This document shows, piece after piece, positions 1 to 7,858 of a stretch of DNA of 64,000 bases. Position 1 is the stretch's first letter, and the number at the start of each line of letters is the position of its first letter. The notes under the pieces were generated by a model. The model searched no databases and was not told where the DNA came from. It saw only the letters and a list, made by a program, of their open reading frames with translations. The DNA comes from Candidatus Omnitrophota bacterium (GTDB lineage: Bacteria > Omnitrophota > Gorgyraeia > Gygaellales > Profunditerraquicolaceae). The translations under genes and the position numbers were made by a program. The stretch covers positions 3,583-67,582 of the forward strand of contig JAKQWZ010000064.1 of the NCBI GenBank assembly GCA_029561735.1, in the 5' to 3' direction.

Positions 1-90
1 GCCAAAGAATTAGTTGCCAAAGAAGAACTCAATTATGATGAGATCGAAGCCATTTTTAAAGAATTTGGCAAAACTCGCCCCACTCTTTAG
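1..90 (+). CDS. 3' end of a CDS entering the window (product unknown)
   Basis: Frame +1 is open from base 1 to TAG at 88-90 (AKELVAKEELNYDEIEAIFKEFGKTRPTL*). Only 29 codons are visible, so I make no family call. Confidence 0.4.
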   Translation, partial: AKELVAKEELNYDEIEAIFKEFGKTRPTL

Positions 91-937
91 CGTTATACCT
101 TTAATTTTTCTGCTAAGCGCCTGCTCCTCATCAACCGCGCCAACTTATCAAAAAAAAGACATTCCTAAAGCCATCCGGGAAATCTGTAAAAAAGATTACA
201 ATATAGACATCAGGTCCCGCATTGTAGGCTCAACACTCTGGGTATACCTGCCGATAGACGGTACTGTAGAGGTCCCCAAGAAAAAAGAGAAATACACGGA
301 GAGATTTGAAATCAAATCTCTTGATTCAAATTTTCAAGATTCCGCTTTTAACATAGATTACCTCATCAACCCGGTACCGGAAGCGGAAAAACCCATTGAA
401 TACAAATATACCAAAGAAGCAATTGAAAAACGCAGTAAAGTCTGGGCGGTAATCCGCAGGGTCCTCTTTAGCATGGACAGGAACAACTTCGCTGAACCAA
501 AATTCATCTGCTTTATCACCGCTGACATTAAATATGGTTTTATTACAAAAGATTTAGGCTATTACCTGGACCTGAAAAAGGTTTCTTATGAGCTCATTTC
601 AATGACCGAATACCAGCACCGCGTGGTAACGGAAAATGTCGATATGCCGCAAGTCAAAGGCGATGTTCAAGGCCTCAGCATTGATTACAAAGATTTTACC
701 ATGGAAGAGTTTATTGCTGCCCAGATCAAAAGCCGCACCAGATTGAAATTCCAAAAACCGGAAGTGGACAGAAAAGCGGATATGGATAAAGAGGTATTAA
801 AAGTTACCGCTGCTACTTTAAAGATCTACGATTATAAAAATTTCAGGCAGGTTAGCCTGAATAACCTGCGTACGGGCGAGAAAATAATCCTGAATGAAGG
901 AGCTATTTGGGCTAAAGATTCTGAGCAGAGATTTTAA
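35..937 (+). CDS. Lipoprotein of unknown function
   Basis: ORF 14-937. ATG at 35 precedes a signal peptide with lipobox LLSAC|SS. The start is uncertain (TTG 14, ATG 35/38 or TTG 65). The gene overlaps the upstream CDS end and converges on purN with a 26 nt overlap. Confidence 0.6.
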   Translation: MMRSKPFLKNLAKLAPLFSVIPLIFLLSACSSSTAPTYQKKDIPKAIREICKKDYNIDIRSRIVGSTLWVYLPIDGTVEVPKKKEKYTERFEIKSLDSNFQDSAFNIDYLINPVPEAEKPIEYKYTKEAIEKRSKVWAVIRRVLFSMDRNNFAEPKFICFITADIKYGFITKDLGYYLDLKKVSYELISMTEYQHRVVTENVDMPQVKGDVQGLSIDYKDFTMEEFIAAQIKSRTRLKFQKPEVDRKADMDKEVLKVTAATLKIYDYKNFRQVSLNNLRTGEKIILNEGAIWAKDSEQRF

Positions 938-1523
938 CCTTCCTGCCTTCCAGTTTTAATTTCCCCTCCACATAAAGCTGTATTGCCTGCGGATAAAGCT
1001 TATGCTCTATTTTATGTATTTTCTGCTCTAAGGTATGGAGAGTATCAGTTTCTTCAATCTTTACCGCCTGCTGCAAGATTACCGGTCCGCTATCCATTAA
1101 CTCATCCACAAAATGCACAGTAACCCCGGTTACCTTTACTCCATAATCAAACGCGTCTTTTATTGCCTGCGTGCCTTTAAAAGCAGGCAGGAGCGCCGGA
1201 TGCACATTGATTATTTTATTTCTGTATTTAACCACAAAATCAGGGCTAAGCATCCGCATGAATCCGGCTAAAACTATCAACTCAATATTATTTTCTTTTA
1301 TTACTTCGCTAATCTTGCCCTCAAATTTATATTTATCGGCAAAATCCTCTCTTTTAATCAAAACTGTCCTGATGCCGGCTCTTTTTGCCCTTAAGATTAC
1401 CCCGGCTTTAGGATTATCGCAGACCAAAAGAGCTATTTGGGCCTTGATCAAACCTTTTTTTGCTGCCCTGGCTATACTGGAAAAATTTGTCCCTCTGCCT
1501 GAAGCAAAAACCGCGATATTCAT
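912..1523 (-). CDS. purN: Phosphoribosylglycinamide formyltransferase
   Basis: 203 aa. N-terminal IAVFASGRGTNF, NVHPALLPAFKG and VHFVDELMDSGPVI motifs are typical of PurN. Confidence 0.9.
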   Translation of the reverse strand: MNIAVFASGRGTNFSSIARAAKKGLIKAQIALLVCDNPKAGVILRAKRAGIRTVLIKREDFADKYKFEGKISEVIKENNIELIVLAGFMRMLSPDFVVKYRNKIINVHPALLPAFKGTQAIKDAFDYGVKVTGVTVHFVDELMDSGPVILQQAVKIEETDTLHTLEQKIHKIEHKLYPQAIQLYVEGKLKLEGRKVKISAQNL

Positions 1524-1536
1524 ATCTCCTCCTCCG

Positions 1537-2793
1537 TTAATTCAACCAGGAAGCTTTGCGCTGATAGGCCAGATTAATTAACCCTAAAAACATTATCGCA
1601 CTTCCTACTATTACCAATATAATAAACGGGGAAAATTTTTCCGCCAGGATACTGCTAACGAACATAAAAATAAGAAAGCCCAGATGCATAACTATCTCCA
1701 GCGAACTAAATATTTTCCCCAACATAGAGCTGGAACTGGCATTATGTACGATGGTATTTGTGGCGATCATTATCGGAGAAATAGCTATACCAAGCAAAAA
1801 GGCAAAAATTGCGGCAATTATAAAATTTGAATACTGGTGCACCATGACGGCAAAAATAACAAGCATTGCCCCGCTAAGCACCAGAGAAGAAAAAATAGTT
1901 TTAAAATGCGAGAGGCGCTGGCCAAACCTGCCGTAAACAAGAGAGCCCATAAAAAGGCCTACCCCTAAAAACATAACTAAAAGCCCCAAATCTTTAGTCG
2001 CAGAATGCAATGTCTTCTGCACAAAGACTATAATGACCACATATGTAGAGCCAAGGGCAGCCCAAAGTGCAAAAATCACCCAGGCAGTAAACCTGATCTC
2101 TTTATTTTTAATAAAATAGATAATCCCGTCTTTTACTTCGGCCAGTATTGATTTGCGTATTACGTTTACGATTTCCCGGCCGTCTATTTTCACATTAGAG
2201 CGCTGGGAGGAATATTTTTTAGCAATCAAAAAAATCAATGCACCGGAAACCAGAAAACTCAAAGAATCCAGATAAAATCCGCTTCGCGCCCCCAACCACT
2301 CTACAATTACGCCGCTGACGCCGAATCCAAGCACAGCCGCAATCATACCAGTTGTATTTACCAGGGTATTGGCTATTAATAGGTCTTTTTGCTCAACCAG
2401 CTCCGGCACAATAGAAAGTTTTGCCGGCACAAAGAATCTGCCTATAGAAAAGACAACAAAGATAATAAGATAAATCCAGGTAAGATTTTTGGAATAAAAC
2501 AAAAATACCGGTATAGTCAATACCAGGGCTGCGCGCATAAAATCGCAGACAAACAGAGTCTTTCTTCGGTCCCATCTGTCCACATAGGCGCCGGCGATTG
2601 GGCCGATCAAAAAAACCGGGATTATGGTAAACGAAAGGATTTTGGCTATTTCATAGGCAGAGCCGGGGGCCCTGGAATATACAAATGCTATTAAAGCCAT
2701 CTGGCCAAGCCTGTCTCCAACCTGAGAAACAATCTGCCCCAGCCAAAGAAAGAAAAAATTACGCGATTTTAGGACATCGGAGAATTTAGACAT
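1537..2793 (-). CDS. MFS transporter
   Basis: 418 aa, about 12 hydrophobic helices, and a DRWDRRKT loop motif between TM2 and TM3. Confidence 0.8.
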   Translation of the reverse strand: MSKFSDVLKSRNFFFLWLGQIVSQVGDRLGQMALIAFVYSRAPGSAYEIAKILSFTIIPVFLIGPIAGAYVDRWDRRKTLFVCDFMRAALVLTIPVFLFYSKNLTWIYLIIFVVFSIGRFFVPAKLSIVPELVEQKDLLIANTLVNTTGMIAAVLGFGVSGVIVEWLGARSGFYLDSLSFLVSGALIFLIAKKYSSQRSNVKIDGREIVNVIRKSILAEVKDGIIYFIKNKEIRFTAWVIFALWAALGSTYVVIIVFVQKTLHSATKDLGLLVMFLGVGLFMGSLVYGRFGQRLSHFKTIFSSLVLSGAMLVIFAVMVHQYSNFIIAAIFAFLLGIAISPIMIATNTIVHNASSSSMLGKIFSSLEIVMHLGFLIFMFVSSILAEKFSPFIILVIVGSAIMFLGLINLAYQRKASWLN

Positions 2794-2802
2794 TGGTAGT
2801 CA

Positions 2803-2875
2803 AGCCGACGAGTGGATTCGAACCACCGGCCCGCGCTTTACGAAAGCGCTGCTCTACCAGCTGAGCTACGTCGGC
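2803..2875 (-). tRNA. tRNA-Thr (anticodon CGU)
   Basis: Reverse complement GCCGACGTAGCTCAGCTGGTAGAGCAGCGCTTTCGTAAAGCGCGGGCCGGTGGTTCGAATCCACTCGTCGGCT folds by hand into a cloverleaf. It has a 7 bp acceptor stem, a TTCGAAT T-loop and anticodon loop TTCGTAA. No CCA is encoded. Confidence 0.9.
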
Positions 2876-2928
2876 ATATTTGTTTGTATTATAGCAACTT
2901 TCCTATAATAGTCAACGACTGCCAAAAA

Positions 2929-2984
2929 AATACCTGCAGCTATACGCTTGCCCGGAAGTTATAGCAAGGCTCGCAGCTGCAGGT
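2929..2984. repeat. Hairpin repeat copy 1 (20 nt conserved arm / 20 nt variable core / 16 nt conserved arm)
   Basis: AATACCTGCAGCTATACGCT-N20-GCTCGCAGCTGCAGGT. ACCTGCAGCT pairs with AGCTGCAGGT. Both arms are identical to copy 2. Confidence 0.7.
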
Positions 2985-3030
2985 TAAATGCTAAGGCTCA
3001 TTTTACCCGCAAATAAACACTAGAAAAGAA

Positions 3031-3086
3031 AATACCTGCAGCTATACGCTCGCCTAGACGTTAAACTAAAGCTCGCAGCTGCAGGT
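3031..3086. repeat. Hairpin repeat copy 2
   Basis: Same 20 nt and 16 nt arms as 2929-2984 with a different 20 nt core. It sits 102 nt from copy 1. Confidence 0.7.
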
Positions 3087-3094
3087 ATAAATTC

Positions 3095-3142
3095 GCGCAT
3101 ATAACTTACGTCGCCCATAAATGGGCTCCGTAAGTTATGCGC
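3095..3142. repeat. Long imperfect inverted repeat next to the tRNA-Phe 3' end
   Basis: GCGCATATAACTTACG...CGTAAGTTATGCGC encloses an inner GCCCA-TAAA-TGGGC stem. It lies 7 nt downstream of the tRNA-Phe 3' end on the minus strand. Confidence 0.6.
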
Positions 3143-3149
3143 TCATTTA

Positions 3150-3221
3150 TGCCGAGAGAGGGAATCGGACCCCCTACGCCGGCCTTTTCAGGGCCGCGCT
3201 CTACCAATGAGCTATCTCGGC
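3150..3221 (-). tRNA. tRNA-Phe (anticodon GAA)
   Basis: Reverse complement GCCGAGATAGCTCATTGGTAGAGCGCGGCCCTGAAAAGGCCGGCGTAGGGGGTCCGATTCCCTCTCTCGGCA folds by hand into a cloverleaf with anticodon loop CTGAAAA. No CCA is encoded. Confidence 0.9.
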
Positions 3222-3283
3222 TAAAAATATACTATAAAACGGAATTAGACAATTTTAACACAAAAGCCAAAAATAGCAACCAT

Positions 3284-3300
3284 AAAAAGCCGGCAGGGCT
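3284..3300 (-). terminator. Weak candidate intrinsic terminator after the NSS/lipoprotein operon
   Basis: Minus strand AGCC-CTGCC-GGCT followed by TTTTTAT, overlapping the stop codon. The stem is only 4 bp. Confidence 0.3.
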
Positions 3301-3679
3301 ATTTCATCTCCTCTATGATCTTAAGCAATACCTCCTGCGCCATAGCCATATCCGGAAAATGATGTTTTCTCGCAGCAACTTTTATCCTGCAAGTCTGCGT
3401 TGACAGGCGGGTAATGTATATCCAGACAAAACTGCTTCCGATCTTTGCCTTAATTATGCCGCCGGAGGAATCCTCTTCTTTAATCACCCCCCGGATACGC
3501 GAAACCGTCATAGCCGAGTCCCAGGCCGCCTCATACGGTTTTTCCGAATCTATCTGCACAGCATCTTTACTGACCGCATATACTCCCGCAGCCCCGACTG
3601 CGCCTCCAAAAATGAATAAACACCCGCAAACGCTCAAACAAAAAACAATAAGCAAACAAGCCAAAATAATTTTTTTCAT
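3299..3679 (-). CDS. Small lipoprotein of unknown function
   Basis: ORF 3299-3715. The internal ATG at 3679 gives MKKIILACLLIVFCLSVCGC, a signal peptide with lipobox. This ATG overlaps the TGA of the upstream mini-ORF (ATGA). Confidence 0.6.
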   Translation of the reverse strand: MKKIILACLLIVFCLSVCGCLFIFGGAVGAAGVYAVSKDAVQIDSEKPYEAAWDSAMTVSRIRGVIKEEDSSGGIIKAKIGSSFVWIYITRLSTQTCRIKVAARKHHFPDMAMAQEVLLKIIEEMK

Positions 3680-3780
3680 TTTATCTGCCTCCTCGAGAAA
3701 ACTTTTACAAAACAAAAAATAGCCAACCCGATAATCAAAGCCCAGCTAACAATAATAAATACCCAACCGTAAATATTCAT
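3676..3780 (-). CDS. 34-aa single-TM protein, candidate NSS-transporter small subunit (MetS-like)
   Basis: Hand translation gives MNIYGWVFIIVSWALIIGLAIFCFVKVFSRRQIK*. It starts 1 nt after the NSS stop and overlaps the next gene by ATGA. It is below the 60 aa cutoff of the ORF track. Confidence 0.55.
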   Translation of the reverse strand: MNIYGWVFIIVSWALIIGLAIFCFVKVFSRRQIK

Positions 3781-3781
3781 T

Positions 3782-5344
3782 TTACAATCCTGTTTTTTGC
3801 TTTTTCTTACGCCATGCGATTTTTACCAATATGGCTAAAATTATAAAAATGGAAAACAACCCTATGCGCGTTGCTATGATATAGATATGGTTTTGCGGCG
3901 CTACAGCCTTCATAAAGATGACCGAAAGCCATTCCTGCCATAACCAGACCCCTAAAATAACAAAAAGGAACAACGGCGTAACATATTTGATAATAAATTT
4001 ATAAATCCGCGGAACTCTCATATCCGCGCCTTTATGGATCTCATCCCAGGCTTTTTCCATCCCGAAAACCCAGGCAAAAAGTATAGTCTCAATTGCCGCA
4101 AAAAGCACTAAAAAGAATGTGCCGCCCCAGAAATCCAGCTCATCAACAACTCCGTTTTTCAGGAAGAATATCACCGGCTGGCATAAGATAAATGTGGTTA
4201 TACCGAATATCAATACAGCTTTGCCCCTCTTGATATCAAATTCGTCTTCTAAGAAAGCAACTGCCGGCTGGGCTAATGATACCGCAGATGTAATACCGGC
4301 CAAGAAAAGCAGAAAAAACCAGATAAATCCGAAGAGCGCATCTAAAGGCAGCCTGTTTAAAATCAAAGGCATAGTCACAAAACCCAGATTGAAAACCCCT
4401 GACTGGGCAATAGATTTAATATCCGCCGGGCCAAAAAATATAAAAGCCGCCGGGATAATTATGCTGCCGCCTAAAATAACCTCGGTGAATTCGTTTGTGC
4501 TTGAAGCGGTCAAGCCGGATAAAACCACATCATTGCCTTTAGATAAATAACTGGCATAAGTCAATATTACTCCGATCCCTACGCTGAGCGTAAAAAATAT
4601 CTGGCCAGCGGCCTCAAGCCAGACCTTGGCAGATTTTAAAGCCGAGAAATCCGGATTCCAGAGAAAGCCAAGTCCGTTTATAACATTCCACTGCGGGCGG
4701 GCAGGATCAGGTGCGCCGAGGGTAAATACCCTTATCATCAAAGCGATGCCGCAGATAAACAAAACCGGCATGGCCCATTTGCAGAGCCTTTCTATTCCGC
4801 CCCGTATACCGTAATAAATGACCCATATATTTACAGTAAATGTAACCAGAAAAAATAAATAGGCCCAGCCAATGCTTTGGAAATATTGATTTTTTTCTAT
4901 GCCCTGAAAAGCGCGCAAAAAACTCTGCATTGATGCCTGGTCAGCCAGGGCGCTATATTTTCCGAACAAAGCAAAAAAGCTATACGCCAGCGTCCAAGAT
5001 TCAATATAAGTATAATAGATAAATATGATCAGCGGCCCGAATATCCCAATAATGCCGAAATATTTTATAAACCTGTTCTTGCGCCAGAGGCTATGGAATA
5101 TTCCCGGTGCGGTACCGTGTTCAAAACCGCCGCCGAACCGGCCTAAAGTCCACTCAATCCACATCAACGGTATGCCTAAAAGCAGCAGTGCCACAAAATA
5201 AGGAATAAGAAAAGCGCCGCCTCCGTTAGAAGCCGCCTTGGCCGGAAACCGCAAAAAATTCCCCAGGCCTATAGCCGAACCTGCCACTGCCATAATAATA
5301 CCCAGGCGTGAACCCCAGCTGTCTCTTTTTTTACTCGCACTCAT
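3782..5344 (-). CDS. Sodium-dependent transporter, neurotransmitter:sodium symporter (NSS/SNF) family
   Basis: 520 aa. N-terminal WGSRLGIIMAVAGSAIGLGNFLRFP matches the NSS TM1 signature. About 11-12 TM helices. Confidence 0.9.
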   Translation of the reverse strand: MSASKKRDSWGSRLGIIMAVAGSAIGLGNFLRFPAKAASNGGGAFLIPYFVALLLLGIPLMWIEWTLGRFGGGFEHGTAPGIFHSLWRKNRFIKYFGIIGIFGPLIIFIYYTYIESWTLAYSFFALFGKYSALADQASMQSFLRAFQGIEKNQYFQSIGWAYLFFLVTFTVNIWVIYYGIRGGIERLCKWAMPVLFICGIALMIRVFTLGAPDPARPQWNVINGLGFLWNPDFSALKSAKVWLEAAGQIFFTLSVGIGVILTYASYLSKGNDVVLSGLTASSTNEFTEVILGGSIIIPAAFIFFGPADIKSIAQSGVFNLGFVTMPLILNRLPLDALFGFIWFFLLFLAGITSAVSLAQPAVAFLEDEFDIKRGKAVLIFGITTFILCQPVIFFLKNGVVDELDFWGGTFFLVLFAAIETILFAWVFGMEKAWDEIHKGADMRVPRIYKFIIKYVTPLFLFVILGVWLWQEWLSVIFMKAVAPQNHIYIIATRIGLFSIFIILAILVKIAWRKKKQKTGL

Positions 5345-5384
5345 AGCAAAGGTATCGCCAGCCTTTCTAAAGAATTGCCGGGCT

Positions 5385-5843
5385 TTATAATGATATCAAA
5401 AGATTTGTCTGCTCTTCATCGCCTTCGGATTTCAAAAAATCTTTATCCTCAATATAGCCAAATACCTTGGTAGCGATCAAATCCTTGGCAAATGAACTTG
5501 GCGAAGAAACTTCAACCTTAGTCTGTGCAGGGCTGATATTAGTGATAAATATCCCCACAGGGGTGGTATCTGTTTCGCTGACATAAATAGCAATTAGGTT
5601 ATTTTTGCTGTCCTCGGCGTAAATATAGGCTTTTATTATCTTAAGCGCCTCACGCACCCGGGTATTGCAGCTCGTATAATCAACATCAAACGTCTTGACT
5701 ATGGCGTCTTTACGGCCGTTCTCCAGCTCTTTTGTAGAGATACCCAGGATGCCTTTGCCGGTTTCCTTAAGAGAAGCACAACCTGAATACAAAACGGCAA
5801 ATGACAAAATACAAATGATAAAATAATAATTAAACTTGCGCAT
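5385..5843 (-). CDS. Lipoprotein of unknown function
   Basis: 152 aa with a signal peptide and lipobox (AVLYSGC|AS). It lies 8 nt downstream of the patatin gene. Confidence 0.6.
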   Translation of the reverse strand: MRKFNYYFIICILSFAVLYSGCASLKETGKGILGISTKELENGRKDAIVKTFDVDYTSCNTRVREALKIIKAYIYAEDSKNNLIAIYVSETDTTPVGIFITNISPAQTKVEVSSPSSFAKDLIATKVFGYIEDKDFLKSEGDEEQTNLLISL

Positions 5844-5851
5844 GATACCCC

Positions 5852-7858
5852 CTATTCGCTGATAACCTGTTTTATCCTGTTAATATGTTTGCGGGCTTCC
5901 TCTTCGCCTCTTTTGGCAAATTCTTCGGCGCGGTAAAGCTCAAGCCAGTGCAGCCCCTTGGTATCGGGGTGCAAAACCACGTCCGCAAGCCGCGATTCTT
6001 TACGGGCAAGTTCCGACTGCATTACCTCAACACTGCTGAATATTATATCGATTATATTAAATCTGAATTTCTCTTTCAAGAAGCTTTTTATACTGAATCC
6101 CTTGGGGTTCTTTGGCTTATTTGTATCCTTAGTAGCAGCCTCAAATTCATTGATGACGTCTTCTTTTGAAGGGGTTACGTTTACGGCAATTATCTTTTTT
6201 GCCCCTAAATATACCAGCGGCTCGACCGGCAAAGGATGGATTATCCCGCCGTCCAGCAGGAATTCCCCCTTAAATTTAAAAGGCATAAATACCCCGGGCA
6301 TAGAACAACTGGCCATAATCGCATCAACCAAAAGCCCGTCATCAATTATCCGCTGTTCTTTACTCCTTACGTCGCTGGCCACTATTTTTAACGGCAGCTT
6401 TATATCGCGGAAGGTCTTAGTGCCCAGCTGCTTTTTTAAAAAATTATAAAGCTTATTCCCCCGGATAAATCCCGAAAAGGGAAAGGTAAAGTCAACTTTG
6501 CCCCATACATCCTTTGGCTCTTTAAACTCCGCGGTTATTATCTTGAGGATATCGCCGCTTTTCATTCCTGACGCCCAAAGCCCGGCGATTACCGCCCCTA
6601 TGCTTGAGCCGACAATAATATCAATAGGGATATTTTCTTCTTCAAGCACTTTAAAAATACCGATATGGCAGAAACCATAAGCAAATCCGACCCCCAGCGC
6701 CAGGCCCACAAGGCAGTCTCCCAACTGACGGGAAATTCTTCTGACCGCTCTTGAATATTCCGAATCCGGGTTCTCCAGGATCTGCCTATCAGTTAATGCC
6801 TGTTCAATTTTAGGCAAAGTGGCGTAAATACTATGCCCGAGCAGCGCGATTTGCTGTTTAGTGCTTAGTTGGGCAAGTTTATATTCATTAACCAATACGT
6901 TTATCTTGGAATCCTGAAAATTAAATTCGTTTTTTAACCTGCCTATCAGCTCGCGCGTCCTGATGAGGTCCTGTTCTTGGGGGCTGGTCAGAATATGTAT
7001 AAATTCCGACTGATTTAGCACGGCGATTATCGACCAGTCCATCACCGAAGGCAGGTCAAGCATCACATAATGATAATCATTCACCACAATACTGATAACC
7101 TCAACTATTTTTTTTACCCAAGACTGGTCCCCGGGTTCATACCAGAAGCATATAACATCAACTCCTGTATTATCTTTGAGTAAAAATTCATCTAAGGCGC
7201 CTGAACTGATATTTTTCAAAACGCTCAAATCGCAAACCTTATATCCTTCAGATATGCCCAGTCTGGCAGGCAAAGTATGCATTTTAGGCGCAGGGCACAC
7301 ATCAAGAATAACGACCTTCTTATGGGTCTGGCTGGACAGGCTTAAGGCCAGATTGAGAGCATATACGGTCTTGCCCGACTGAGAATAAGAACTAAATACT
7401 GAAATGACCGTGCTTTCAAAAATCGTCTTCTGATGTATATCCTTATTCTTCAGCCTGCGCGATAAAGTCGAGCTTAAATCAATTGCCAGGCGCGGGACAC
7501 TTTGTAAGACAAAATTAAAATCCTCCCTTCTAATCACCAAAAGCATGCAGTCATTCATGGCTTTTGCGGATACCGAATGCGGCTCTCCGGTAATTAGTGA
7601 GATTATGCCGAAATATTTCCCGCGGTGCAGGTACTCCAACGGCACATCATCAGAATTGGCGTTTTTGGAATAAATTATTACTCTTCCAAATACTATACAA
7701 TAGAAAGCATCAGGCGGGGCGCCCTCCTGATAAATAACCTGCCCCTTTTGATAAGGAACAAGTACGGATTTATCTCTGATTATCTGATTTTCCTGCTCAG
7801 TAAGGCTGGCGAATAAAGGCAGGTCCTTAAGAATGGCGTCTTTATTTATTGTGTCCAT
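5852..7858 (-). CDS. Three-domain protein: cyclic-nucleotide-binding domain / ParA-CpaE-like P-loop domain / patatin-like phospholipase
   Basis: 668 aa. The N-terminus has a CAP-type cNMP fold (FASLTEQE...GQVIYQEGAPPDAFYCIVFGRV...YFGIISLITGEPHSVSAKA). The middle has SQSGKT, VVILDV and YVMLDLPS motifs. The C-terminus has GSSIG (GxSxG) and LLDGG (DGG), but an altered oxyanion box GVGFAYG. Confidence 0.8.
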   Translation of the reverse strand: MDTINKDAILKDLPLFASLTEQENQIIRDKSVLVPYQKGQVIYQEGAPPDAFYCIVFGRVIIYSKNANSDDVPLEYLHRGKYFGIISLITGEPHSVSAKAMNDCMLLVIRREDFNFVLQSVPRLAIDLSSTLSRRLKNKDIHQKTIFESTVISVFSSYSQSGKTVYALNLALSLSSQTHKKVVILDVCPAPKMHTLPARLGISEGYKVCDLSVLKNISSGALDEFLLKDNTGVDVICFWYEPGDQSWVKKIVEVISIVVNDYHYVMLDLPSVMDWSIIAVLNQSEFIHILTSPQEQDLIRTRELIGRLKNEFNFQDSKINVLVNEYKLAQLSTKQQIALLGHSIYATLPKIEQALTDRQILENPDSEYSRAVRRISRQLGDCLVGLALGVGFAYGFCHIGIFKVLEEENIPIDIIVGSSIGAVIAGLWASGMKSGDILKIITAEFKEPKDVWGKVDFTFPFSGFIRGNKLYNFLKKQLGTKTFRDIKLPLKIVASDVRSKEQRIIDDGLLVDAIMASCSMPGVFMPFKFKGEFLLDGGIIHPLPVEPLVYLGAKKIIAVNVTPSKEDVINEFEAATKDTNKPKNPKGFSIKSFLKEKFRFNIIDIIFSSVEVMQSELARKESRLADVVLHPDTKGLHWLELYRAEEFAKRGEEEARKHINRIKQVISE

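Noticed and set aside
14-34. TTG at 14 as the start of the first lipoprotein gene
   Set aside because: It would add a charged N-terminal extension and lengthen the overlap with the upstream CDS that ends at 90. ATG 35 or a later start gives a standard lipoprotein signal peptide. The start remains uncertain.
2929-3086. Possible CRISPR array (conserved repeat flanks with variable 20 nt cores)
   Set aside because: There are only two copies. The conserved parts are the two arms of a hairpin around each core, not direct repeats separated by spacers. The period is 102 nt. No cas genes or leader are present in the window.
5852-7858. Patatin protein as a CBASS-type (CapV-like) anti-phage effector
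   Set aside because: No CD-NTase, SAVED, E1/E2 or other defence genes are adjacent. The sensor is a CAP-type cNMP domain. The gene sits in an operon with a glycosidase and a transporter behind a riboswitch. A defence role cannot be excluded but is not supported.
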